64,000 bases of DNA from Bacteroidales bacterium (GTDB lineage: Bacteria; Bacteroidota; Bacteroidia; Bacteroidales; UBA932): NCBI GenBank assembly GCA_012728975.1, contig JAAYDZ010000027.1, forward strand, positions 81,553-145,552, read 5' to 3'. A model generated the notes under the pieces. The model did no database searches. It saw nothing but the letters and a program-made list of their open reading frames with translations, and had not been told where the DNA came from. Numbering within the stretch: position 1 is the first letter of the stretch; each line of letters starts with the position of its first letter. A program made the translations under genes and the position numbers. Of this stretch, positions 35,494-44,200 are shown piece after piece.

Positions 35494-36504
35494 ATGGGGA
35501 AGGTATTTACATTCGGTTACAGGGATGCAATTTGTGAAATTGTTGAGGGAAGAGGCTCTATTGCTTCTGTAGGTACTCTTGTCGGTAAAGAGCGCAATGT
35601 GCTTGCGGTAACCGATAGCGGTGTACCCATACAATATGCCGAATCTGTGATTGCGCAATTTTCCAATGCATCTCTTTTGATAATTCCCCAGGGGGAGGAG
35701 AGTAAAAACTTCAATACCCTGGAGGTGATTATTTCCGCTTTGATGCAACAGGGGATTGACCGTTACGGTGCACTGATAGCGGTAGGAGGGGGTATGACCG
35801 GTGATATCGCAGGTTTTGCAGCTTCTTGTTACAAACGTGGTATTGATTTTTACAACGTGCCCACTACGCTGCTTGCTCAGGTTGATGCTTCAATAGGGGG
35901 CAAGACTGCCCTCAATTTCGGCAATATCAAGAATATGGTCGGGACCTTTCACCACCCCAAGGGAGTCGTTATAGACACGGAGACTCTTAAAACGCTTGAT
36001 TCGAGGCACTTTTATAGCGGACTGGCAGAAGTAATCAAGATGGCTGCTACTTCTGATGCTGATCTCTTTGCAATGCTCGAGTCAGATAAGCCTCTAATGG
36101 AGGTGTTGGATAAAATTGTTGCTGCTGCATTGCACATTAAATGTGATGTAGTCCTTAAAGATCCTCTGGAACAAGGCTTGCGCAAAGTTCTTAATTTTGG
36201 ACATACCATAGGCCACGCTATCGAGGTTGTGTCTAATGGTAAGCTCACTCATGGAGAATCTATTGCAGCAGGAATGACCTATTTCTGTTCTGACGAGATG
36301 CGTCAGAGGCTTGAAAAGATACTGAAGAGATATCATTTACCAGTCAAATCACCTTTTACAGGCGATATACTGCTACCATTTATCTCTCAGGATAAGAAGT
36401 GTAATAATGGACTAATTACCACTGTTTATGTTGAATCTCCCGGCACATATGAGTTTAGAAAGATGACCCCTGAGGAGATTGCAGACCTGATTTCAATTAG
36501 TTAG
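35494..36504 (+). CDS. aroB: 3-dehydroquinate synthase
   Basis: GGGMTGDIAGFAASCYKRGIDFYNVPTTLLAQVDASIGGKTALN and the metal-site motif FGHTIGHAIE are typical of AroB. Confidence 0.9.
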   Translation: MGKVFTFGYRDAICEIVEGRGSIASVGTLVGKERNVLAVTDSGVPIQYAESVIAQFSNASLLIIPQGEESKNFNTLEVIISALMQQGIDRYGALIAVGGGMTGDIAGFAASCYKRGIDFYNVPTTLLAQVDASIGGKTALNFGNIKNMVGTFHHPKGVVIDTETLKTLDSRHFYSGLAEVIKMAATSDADLFAMLESDKPLMEVLDKIVAAALHIKCDVVLKDPLEQGLRKVLNFGHTIGHAIEVVSNGKLTHGESIAAGMTYFCSDEMRQRLEKILKRYHLPVKSPFTGDILLPFISQDKKCNNGLITTVYVESPGTYEFRKMTPEEIADLISIS

Positions 36505-36510
36505 AATTTT

Positions 36511-37794
36511 ATGAAGTACAGTGAACTGGAATATGGACTTATAGGAGAAAAGCTTGGGCATAGTTTGTCCGGTGATATACATAGGAAGATCTCATCCAGC
36601 CCTTATGAATTGTGTGAGGTGCCCAGGTATGAACTTGATCTGTTTTTCCGTGAATCGAATTTCAAAGGCATTAATGTCACGATACCCTACAAGCAAGCGG
36701 TGATACCTTATCTGGATGTTATGTCTCCTGTTGTGATGAGTATAGGTTCAGTCAATACTATAGTGCGGAGGAACAATGGGCTTCTATATGGTCACAATAC
36801 CGATTATCCCGGGTTCAATTCCCTTGCTAAGTATTCCAATATAAGCTTTTCCGGCAAAAATATCCTCATTTTTGGTAAGGGTGGTGCTGCAAAGACTGTC
36901 CGTGCTGTAGCACTGGCTGCCGGTGCAAAATCCGTTTTATTCGTTGTCAGAAAAGTGAAAGGGGAGGATCAGATAGCATTATCAGATCTGGAAGAAAATC
37001 CAAAGTTGCGCAAGAAGACACATATCATAGTCAACGCAACTCCCGTGGGCATGACTCCGGATGATGAGGGCAGAGTAGTCGATCTTTCCATATTTCCTAA
37101 TTTGGAGGGAGTGCTCGACTGTGTCTACAATCCATTGCGTACCAACCTTGTACTAGAAGCACGCAAGCTTGGACTCAAGGCAGAAGGTGGACTTCCAATG
37201 CTCCTTGTTCAAGCTTGCTTTGCACAGGAACTTTTTCAGGATAGTGTCAATGACCCTGTCTGTGATTATGGTAAAATAGCCTCCCTGCATCGTGAACTTC
37301 TGCGAGCAAAAGAGAATATTGTGATAACCGGAATGCCTTCCAGTGGCAAAAGTTCAATCGGAGCTATGCTTGCAGAGAGACTAGGAAGGGAACATTATGA
37401 TACCGACAAGATGATAGAGGAACGGACCGGTTCTGATATCAGAACTATATTTCTTGAAAAAGGAGAAAATGGCTTCCGCGAAGTTGAGAAAAGTGTTGTG
37501 CAGGAGGTGTCGCTGCGTCAAGAGATTGTCATATCAACCGGTGGGGGTTGTGTGCTTGACCCGCAAAATATTCACCGTCTCAGGCGTAACGGACGTATCT
37601 ATCTTTTGGACAGAGATCCTAATCTGCTGGTATCTTCAGCAGATCGTCCCCTTGCATCTGACCAGGGCCAACTCTTCAATCTGTATGATAAACGCAGGAA
37701 TCTCTATTTCGATACAGCCGACTCTGTTATTGATAACAATTCCTCTATGGAAGATGCAGTGGAGAGGCTCCGTAAAGCACATTTTCGCCTTTAG
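36511..37794 (+). CDS. aroE/aroK: bifunctional shikimate dehydrogenase / shikimate kinase fusion
   Basis: 427 aa. The N-terminal ~265 aa have AroE motifs (IGEKLGHSLS, NVTIPYKQ, NTD, GKGGAAK). The C-terminal ~160 aa have the AroK P-loop GMPSSGKSSIG, the DTD motif and the STGGG motif. Confidence 0.85.
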   Translation: MKYSELEYGLIGEKLGHSLSGDIHRKISSSPYELCEVPRYELDLFFRESNFKGINVTIPYKQAVIPYLDVMSPVVMSIGSVNTIVRRNNGLLYGHNTDYPGFNSLAKYSNISFSGKNILIFGKGGAAKTVRAVALAAGAKSVLFVVRKVKGEDQIALSDLEENPKLRKKTHIIVNATPVGMTPDDEGRVVDLSIFPNLEGVLDCVYNPLRTNLVLEARKLGLKAEGGLPMLLVQACFAQELFQDSVNDPVCDYGKIASLHRELLRAKENIVITGMPSSGKSSIGAMLAERLGREHYDTDKMIEERTGSDIRTIFLEKGENGFREVEKSVVQEVSLRQEIVISTGGGCVLDPQNIHRLRRNGRIYLLDRDPNLLVSSADRPLASDQGQLFNLYDKRRNLYFDTADSVIDNNSSMEDAVERLRKAHFRL

Positions 37795-38312
37795 AATCTC
37801 CAGCCTACCGAAATAACGGGAGTAAGATAAACCGGCCAGCTGTAAAAAAGTTGGGCTCCGGCTTTGATTATCAATCCATAAGGGGCCTCATAGCGATAGA
37901 GCAAAGGAACAGTCGCTCCTATAGGCCCGAACAATGTTTTAAGTTTATTACCCGGCTCCTCTCGGACAAACTCCAACCGTGAAATCAATCCCAGACCGAG
38001 CTCCAGATGGTGATTGGAATTCATGAAAAAGACATATGAAAAGCTTATCGGAAATGTGACTATAGGTGCCGTTTCACCACCTATTCCGGCATAAATCTGC
38101 CATTCCCTATGGCGACCGAGGGAAATCCCCAGATTGGCGCTATATAATTCGTGTGGGATCAGGGGAGTATGTGTGAGAGTTAGAGAAAAACGGCTTTTAT
38201 TGTAGGATTTTTCGATATGGGGATCTTGTGCTGACGCAAAGAAAACTCCTGCAAGAAGTAGAAAAACCACCGCTCCTGCCTTTGCAAATGATAATGCGTT
38301 TCTCTTCACCAT
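37791..38312 (-). CDS. hypothetical outer-membrane beta-barrel-like protein
   Basis: 173 aa with a signal peptide (AVVFLLLAGVFFASAQ), an alternating beta pattern, and a C-terminal ...VGWRF aromatic end. Its stop codon overlaps the aroE/aroK stop codon (TTAG). Confidence 0.5.
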   Translation of the reverse strand: MVKRNALSFAKAGAVVFLLLAGVFFASAQDPHIEKSYNKSRFSLTLTHTPLIPHELYSANLGISLGRHREWQIYAGIGGETAPIVTFPISFSYVFFMNSNHHLELGLGLISRLEFVREEPGNKLKTLFGPIGATVPLLYRYEAPYGLIIKAGAQLFYSWPVYLTPVISVGWRF

Positions 38313-38349
38313 ATCTGCAAAGTTAGGAAAAAATCTCTTCTCCTATATG

Positions 38350-39174
38350 TCAGTATATAACGAAGATTTTTTCGAAATTCCAGTTTTCGACCCGGATGAA
38401 AGCTTTGCGGGTGACAATATCGAGTTCAAGGTATATGTCGGCAAGGCTTTCGGCCTCGAAATCATAACCCGATTCTTCCATATAGCGTCCCAGAGGTAGT
38501 GTGAGCCTTCCTTGGGAATTAGTCGTCTCTTCATTGACACCATCAAGAATAAGTTCCATCATGATGGATGCATCGCCCTGCCTGGGTATGCGAACTGAAT
38601 ATTCTCCGACAGGAGTGGCTTTGGGTACCATGCATTCGAACTTTCCCGGGAGGGGTTCCAGAGTCTGGCGGTCTATGCCTGTAAAGTTGCCTTTCACTTT
38701 CATCTGCACATTCTCGAGTCTGTTGTGTCGGCCACTCTCTGCATTCTCTACGTTGCTTTCTTTGATATGTACGGTTGTGAATTGTTTATGTGCTTCCATA
38801 AGTACATAGGCCTTTTCGCCTGTGGCTTCTATTGTTGTGCTGAATGCATAAAGGGAGTCGGCCTGATTGCCTTCGGTGACAATCAGGGGCTCTTTTCCTT
38901 TTTTCGAAAGAACACCGGATATCCGGATACTTCCTTTGGAAACACTTTTCTCTCGGATAGTCTCAATTAAATGTGTAGGGATGGTCTCGTTGAAGTTGAA
39001 GTCTTCTCCTATAAGTATCACATCATATTCACCATTTGCCATCCGGTGGACGAAATCATATTTAAGAACTTTGGAGTAGTCCATTGTCAAACGACAGGGA
39101 CATAGTGTCCTATCTTCTAGAATAGTGCAGCCACAAAGGAGGAGTGTCAGGAATCCGGTTAAGCTCTTTCTCAT
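38350..39174 (-). CDS. FimB/Mfa2-like fimbrial anchor/terminator lipoprotein (type V pilus)
   Basis: 274 aa with the lipoprotein signal LTLLLCGC, followed by ...DRTLCPCRLTMDY as in Mfa2-family proteins. It is the last gene of the pilus cluster. Confidence 0.55.
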   Translation of the reverse strand: MRKSLTGFLTLLLCGCTILEDRTLCPCRLTMDYSKVLKYDFVHRMANGEYDVILIGEDFNFNETIPTHLIETIREKSVSKGSIRISGVLSKKGKEPLIVTEGNQADSLYAFSTTIEATGEKAYVLMEAHKQFTTVHIKESNVENAESGRHNRLENVQMKVKGNFTGIDRQTLEPLPGKFECMVPKATPVGEYSVRIPRQGDASIMMELILDGVNEETTNSQGRLTLPLGRYMEESGYDFEAESLADIYLELDIVTRKAFIRVENWNFEKIFVIY

Positions 39175-39234
39175 TTGAACAATATTAACTTAATACATAA
39201 ACACGATAGGGTGTCTCATTTTGATTATAAATGG

Positions 39235-40233
39235 TCAGAATTCTTCGATAATTTCACCGCCTTCTTCCCATGGAGCGACAGTAATGGTGGCGTCAATAGC
39301 GTCAGTTGAAGGTTTGGTCTCAGGGTCATTTGAGCCTAGGTTTCTGATGTTCAGGGAGATGTCGTAAGCAGTATTGCGTGCAAATGAAGGGAGTGTGACA
39401 GGGTAGTAGTAGGTGTTGCCTTGAATCTCAGCTACAACCACGAGACGTGTTTTTCTGGCAGACCAGTTTGTAATGTCGGTAGAGTCTTCGGTAGTCCCAT
39501 TTGCGTAGCCATAAAAAGGGAAATTTGGAGTGTCGCTGTTTCCTACGGCGATATTCCTTTCTGTTGCATTACCAAGGAGTGATTCTGGCGCCTCGGATTT
39601 TGTGGTGCCGTCAATCTTAGTGCCTGAATTGCGCCCCATCTTGTTGCTCCAGTTGCTTATTTCTGCAGTACCGGCAAGATTCTGGTTGGATACAACATTG
39701 TCAAGCATTACATATTTGATCTTGACTGTACCGTATCCGGCAGAAAGACTGTTGGTCACCTTTACAAGCCTGGCACGTGCGACCAGTCGCGAAATAGTGA
39801 TTTCAACTGATTCTGTGCCTGATGCTTTCACTTCAACCTGGCTCTTTCCGGACATCACAAATCCACTGGAGGAGGCATTCTGTGCCAGTGTAAGGGCCTT
39901 TGTCTTGAGGGCGCTTTTTGTGACTGATGCAGATAGTGCTTCGCCCAAATTGGCTACAGCCCATACTTCGTACGTTCCCGTTTGTACTCTGTCAATGGTT
40001 TTTGAGAGGGTCGTACCATTGTCAAAATAGTATTTGCAGATCTCGCCGTCGAAAATAAAAATCTGAATGTTGTTTACTGTTGCCTCGTTACCGAGTAAAT
40101 CGGTGACGGCTTTTGTCAGGATATCTCCTTTGACGTTAATTGTGAGACTGCCTTCGCCACTTCTATCGGGCTCGATGGCGTTGCAGGCTGTAAAAAGCGC
40201 TGCAATTGTCAGAATGGATAGGATTTTTTTCAT
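39235..40233 (-). CDS. fimbrillin-family (type V pilin) lipoprotein, paralog B
   Basis: 332 aa with the lipoprotein signal LTIAALFTAC. It shares WSARKTRLVV...YYYPVTL and the C-terminal ...V.PWEEGGEI motifs with the adjacent paralog. Confidence 0.65.
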   Translation of the reverse strand: MKKILSILTIAALFTACNAIEPDRSGEGSLTINVKGDILTKAVTDLLGNEATVNNIQIFIFDGEICKYYFDNGTTLSKTIDRVQTGTYEVWAVANLGEALSASVTKSALKTKALTLAQNASSSGFVMSGKSQVEVKASGTESVEITISRLVARARLVKVTNSLSAGYGTVKIKYVMLDNVVSNQNLAGTAEISNWSNKMGRNSGTKIDGTTKSEAPESLLGNATERNIAVGNSDTPNFPFYGYANGTTEDSTDITNWSARKTRLVVVAEIQGNTYYYPVTLPSFARNTAYDISLNIRNLGSNDPETKPSTDAIDATITVAPWEEGGEIIEEF

Positions 40234-40304
40234 TGTTTTTGTTTTAAATTGTTGTTATAAGTTTGTAAATTGTGAATAGTTGGTTTCTTGAAAACGGTTT
40301 TCTA

Positions 40305-41396
40305 TTACACGTCGTCATCTATTTCTCCGCCTTCATTCCACTCGTTTATTTTTATTTTAGTTATAAGAGTTCCGGGTTCTGTAACAGGTTCTTCGGGGTG
40401 GGAAACACCTTCACGTGTAATTGTTATATCATAAAGATAGTGGGTGTTGGAGAGCGTCTCTTCCATCGTTACAGGGTAGTACCATAATTTTTCTCCTAAT
40501 GTAGCTTCAATCACTAACCTTGTCTTTCTCGCACTCCACGTAGTAAGGTCAAAGCAATCTGTGTTAGAGTTTGGATAAGGATAAAGACTATCGTCAATAG
40601 CAAGTGAGTCCTTGTTATTCATGCGTCTGTCGATCAAACTTCCACAGATTAAGTTGTCGCAGGAACTTTGCTGATACTCCATTTTATTATACCAAAGACC
40701 CTCATCTCCCTGCATAGCAGTGAGTGCGTAGTTGTTCTTACCTGTAACGTTGGTCAAATATATTCGGTGGAGTGTGAATGGCATTTCAGCTAAGTGCGAA
40801 TTACCAAATTCTGTCCTGACTATGCACTCTACTTTAGCCACCATCCTTTGTACAACAATTTCCAGCTCCATATCAGAGTCAATATCAGCAGTTGCGCTGC
40901 CTGTCATCTGAAATGAGCCCCTGCTGTTGTTCCAGAGGAAGCTTTCGCACTTAAGCAATTCTTCTGAAGATGAAGGAGCCACCGGCAGTTCGGGAGCGTT
41001 GACGAAGCAGTAAAATGTACAGCATCCGTCAGGGAGGATCACTTCATATTCGTCCCTGATTCCGGTTATCCTTTGTGTCAAAGTCCCTTCGTTATTGAAG
41101 ATATAGAGTTGAACGCTATTGATCCGAGTCTCTTCCTCGACTCCCAGGGCACGTGTAGCCAAGAGTGTTGCGTGGTGCGTGTTACGGGTTGCGGGGTAGT
41201 TTTGAGTTCTGAGTTCCGAGTGTGTAGTTAAACAGGGTGCGGGTTGCGAGGTACGGGTCCCGGGTGCTATGGAGGTAGCAAGGGAGATTGTCACTTTATG
41301 CAGTTTATACTCATCACAAGGAATAGGGTCGTTGCACGCCCACAATAATGGGAGTAGTGCGGCTGTTAGTATCAAATATATTCTAATCTGTTTCAT
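40305..41396 (-). CDS. fimbrillin-family (type V pilin) lipoprotein, paralog A, with N-terminal repeat-derived insertion
   Basis: 363 aa with the lipoprotein signal LLPLLWAC. WSARKTRLVIEATLGEKLWYYPVTM and ...INEWNEGGEI match paralog B. An extra segment, PGTRTSQPAPCLTTHSELRTQNYPATRNTHHATLLATRA, is encoded by 41165-41262. Confidence 0.65.
   Translation of the reverse strand: MKQIRIYLILTAALLPLLWACNDPIPCDEYKLHKVTISLATSIAPGTRTSQPAPCLTTHSELRTQNYPATRNTHHATLLATRALGVEEETRINSVQLYIFNNEGTLTQRITGIRDEYEVILPDGCCTFYCFVNAPELPVAPSSSEELLKCESFLWNNSRGSFQMTGSATADIDSDMELEIVVQRMVAKVECIVRTEFGNSHLAEMPFTLHRIYLTNVTGKNNYALTAMQGDEGLWYNKMEYQQSSCDNLICGSLIDRRMNNKDSLAIDDSLYPYPNSNTDCFDLTTWSARKTRLVIEATLGEKLWYYPVTMEETLSNTHYLYDITITREGVSHPEEPVTEPGTLITKIKINEWNEGGEIDDDV
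41165..41262 (+). repeat. G/T-rich word repeat, copy P, embedded in frame inside the pilin CDS (antisense to it)
   Basis: gtgttgcgtggtgcgtgttacgggttgcggggtagttttgagttctgagttccgagtgtgtagttaaacagggtgcgggttgcgaggtacgggtcccgggtgc uses the same words as the intergenic copies. Confidence 0.6.
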
Positions 41397-43357
41397 TCAA
41401 AGTATCGGTTTAGGTCATACATCCTTACAAGTGCATATATTTCAGGATCGAGATTTCCCCTGTGTATAAATTGGCTATCCTCTCTGCAGGCTTTTAGATA
41501 GTATTCTGCCGCGCTTTTGCTCTTGCCCTGGCGTGCCTCAAGCAGAGCCATCAGATAGCTTACCTGTGGGGTGGAAGGGAGCTCTGAGAGGAGATTCAGT
41601 GCTGATGCATTGTAATCGGCTGCGCAGTAGGCGACAGCGGTGTTGAAGTCTCTGTAGGGTGTAAGAAGGTTAGCAGCCAGGTTGTAATTCCTGTCTTTCA
41701 GCGCTTGAACTCCTGCCATATATATGCTGTCAATTATGGTGGTATGGATGGTATCCTGCACCATATCTTTACGGTGGAGATGGAAGTCAAATCTGACTGT
41801 GCGCAGCCTGGGATAGATCTCGTAGGTAAGGTGAGGATAGAACTCTTCCATCGAGAGCAGCTTCTCACGCTTGTCCGCATTATTTTCTCCTGAGAGCAGG
41901 AAATACCTCTCCTTCTGCAGTGATGTAAGCACCGTATCTGCCATTACCAATCGATTAAGGGCACTCCAGTCTTCCGCTATGTTTCGTGAAATGAATTCGA
42001 CATTCGCCTCAGGTGCCTCTTTGTCGGGCTCCGCAAGAACTTTATCTATATCAATGGAAAAAACTCTGTTACGAGCTGAAGAATCGCGCCACTTTCCGAT
42101 AAATCGCTCAAAATAACGGCTTACTGACGCACTTCTGCGCTTGCTTAATCTGGAATTGTACTCCCAGCTCCCTTCAGGGGAAGAACTGGCGGTGACTACT
42201 ATTGAATCAAGGTCAAAATCTCTGTTCTCGAGTAGTAAACTTAAGGTTCGCCGGATACGAGTTATCTCATGATAATTGTTTGAGAGCCCTTCCACTACCT
42301 TATCGCAGTCTTTTTCAAATTCTATGTAGCAGATATCGTCTGCTTTAACCCTTCTTGATATGACTTGTGTCAGATATCTTTCGCGCTCTTCGGCGAATGT
42401 GCTGAGAGAGGAGATGTAAAAAGTTAGAGGGACACTAGGTTCGATGGTGTAGATTCTATTTTCCTGCTCATAAATCTCTCCCTCAAGCACTATATCTACT
42501 TTTCTAAGCTGAGGTAGTGTTTGTATCCTTTGTATATAGTTGTAAATAAAATCTCCACTTGCGTTGCGCATGACGGTGTCGAGACGGAGATGATCGGTAA
42601 CTATCGGTGATTTAACATAACGGTCATACATTCTGCCGATGTTGGCTTTTTTCCATTCATTGTGACGCATTCGCAAACCATAGGTATAGTGCTTTAAGGC
42701 ATCCTTCGCGCTTATTCCGTAGTGTGAGAGAAAGAGTTCGTCCGTAACATAAGCGGAATCCGTGCGGTATCTGTAGAGTTCAGGGATATTTCTTTCAATG
42801 AATACCTCCAGCTGGTGCTTATCGATGAACCTGGTGCTGTCTGTAACGATGGAGTTGATAAACCTGCGGTATTGCTGATAGCCGCGCAACTGACTTTTGC
42901 GGTAGCTTTCACCTGTTATAAGAATCCTGTCCAGATCCAGGGTGTCTTCAAGGATATACATTATCGGCATCATTCTCAACTGCCATTTGCTGTCGCGAAG
43001 CTCTTTTGGCACCAGTACCTGAAACTCAATCTCAACTTTTCCTCGTCGCTCGGCCACATTGCGAAATCGGGCAGTCACTACAGCAGCTTGCAGCTCTTCA
43101 GTAGCCACCATTTCCCCAGTTCCATCATCTCTTACTGCTCTCATGAGGTGATATGTGTTGCCCTTATCATCTTCAATCACTGAGGTGTCGCGCATGACCT
43201 TCGGTATGGAGATTTCCTGAATAGTGCTTCTCTTTTCCTGAGGAAGGGAGATGGAGGCCGGATAGTTGGCAAGAGATTCCATTCTTCCGGAAAGGCTTCC
43301 GCAGCAGGAGAGGGAGAGCATGATCGAAGCGGTGAGTATTGTGATTCTATATTTCAT
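41393..43357 (-). CDS. DUF3868-like / OmpA-like domain protein of type V pilus loci
   Basis: 654 aa with a signal/lipoprotein-like N-terminus. The internal VTASSSPEGSWEYNSRLSKRRSASV resembles the OmpA-like peptidoglycan-binding motif. The C-terminus is TPR-like. It overlaps the next gene by 4 nt. Confidence 0.55.
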   Translation of the reverse strand: MKYRITILTASIMLSLSCCGSLSGRMESLANYPASISLPQEKRSTIQEISIPKVMRDTSVIEDDKGNTYHLMRAVRDDGTGEMVATEELQAAVVTARFRNVAERRGKVEIEFQVLVPKELRDSKWQLRMMPIMYILEDTLDLDRILITGESYRKSQLRGYQQYRRFINSIVTDSTRFIDKHQLEVFIERNIPELYRYRTDSAYVTDELFLSHYGISAKDALKHYTYGLRMRHNEWKKANIGRMYDRYVKSPIVTDHLRLDTVMRNASGDFIYNYIQRIQTLPQLRKVDIVLEGEIYEQENRIYTIEPSVPLTFYISSLSTFAEERERYLTQVISRRVKADDICYIEFEKDCDKVVEGLSNNYHEITRIRRTLSLLLENRDFDLDSIVVTASSSPEGSWEYNSRLSKRRSASVSRYFERFIGKWRDSSARNRVFSIDIDKVLAEPDKEAPEANVEFISRNIAEDWSALNRLVMADTVLTSLQKERYFLLSGENNADKREKLLSMEEFYPHLTYEIYPRLRTVRFDFHLHRKDMVQDTIHTTIIDSIYMAGVQALKDRNYNLAANLLTPYRDFNTAVAYCAADYNASALNLLSELPSTPQVSYLMALLEARQGKSKSAAEYYLKACREDSQFIHRGNLDPEIYALVRMYDLNRYFE

Positions 43358-43371
43358 TATCTCTATTTAGA

Positions 43372-43941
43372 TTAGAAAATGTAAACTAGTGATACTATAA
43401 GTTCGCCGGGAATTACAAACCATCCGTGAGCATTATCTTCCGAAAGAATAGTCCCGCAGCGTGGGCAATCGTAACGCGTGTACCATCTGTGTCCTCCCCA
43501 GATACCTGCTCCAAACTCGATGTTGAAGCGGCTGTGGATCATGTAGGAGTACCCAAAAGCCGCCTCTGCACCCACAGCAATCCCTTCTTCGGTAATCTGT
43601 CTCCTGAAAAGTCCCCCGCAATTGTATTCGCGTACCTGAGTGCGCATTCCGAACCACCAGGAGGAGAAAATATTCCATGGCCAGTACCTCACTCCGAGCG
43701 AAGCCTCACGTTTGCGATTCTGAATAAAACCTTTCTCTTGTGAACCATATTGCCAGGGATTGTATCGTACTCCGGCGTTGACCGAGATGTGACGCGAGGC
43801 GGCAACCGAAAGCTCTCCGCTCAAAGTGCCTAGATTGGCTATATCCGCTAGGTTGGCAGAAACAGCTATGCGCTGCGCGTTCGCATTAAAATTCGTAAAG
43901 AATATAATAACTATTATTGTAATCAATCTAACCATACCCAT
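43372..43941 (-). CDS. DUF3575-like outer membrane beta-barrel protein (first gene of the pilus cluster)
   Basis: 189 aa with a signal peptide ending NANAQ, followed by IAVSANLADIANLGTLSGELSVAASRHISVNAGVRYNPWQY, which is typical of DUF3575. Confidence 0.7.
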   Translation of the reverse strand: MGMVRLITIIVIIFFTNFNANAQRIAVSANLADIANLGTLSGELSVAASRHISVNAGVRYNPWQYGSQEKGFIQNRKREASLGVRYWPWNIFSSWWFGMRTQVREYNCGGLFRRQITEEGIAVGAEAAFGYSYMIHSRFNIEFGAGIWGGHRWYTRYDCPRCGTILSEDNAHGWFVIPGELIVSLVYIF

Positions 43942-43962
43942 CGCACATTAGTTATTTTACTG

Positions 43963-43970
43963 CAAAAGTA
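43963..43970 (-). promoter_or_regulatory. -7 promoter box (the reverse complement is TACTTTTG) for the pilus cluster
   Basis: The plus strand reads caaaagta, 21 nt upstream of the ATG at 43941. Confidence 0.4.
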
Positions 43971-44188
43971 TATAATATTTATAAAATACCAAAAATAAAT
44001 CACTAAAAATATAGTTTAGATTGACAAAATAAAGATATTACAATATCTGTGACTAAAATCTACCTATTAATAAATACTATGATATCCAAATAAGAAGAAA
44101 CTATAGTGCAGCAGATGTTGGCCACATACCAGATATGTTTCTTGTCTATCAACAGAGCATACGAGCTCTTGAAAAGTGATTAAATTGT

Positions 44189-44196
44189 TATTTTTG
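44189..44196 (+). promoter_or_regulatory. -7 promoter box TATTTTTG for rmuC
   Basis: TAnnTTTG match lying 4 nt upstream of the ATG at 44201. This implies a very short leader, or the real start is further downstream. Confidence 0.35.
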
Positions 44197-44200
44197 CAAT

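Noticed and set aside
37791-37794. Convergent genes sharing overlapping stop codons (TTAG here, TTAA at 57730-57733).
   Set aside because: This is real, but it is a trivial consequence of compact gene packing and has no associated structure.
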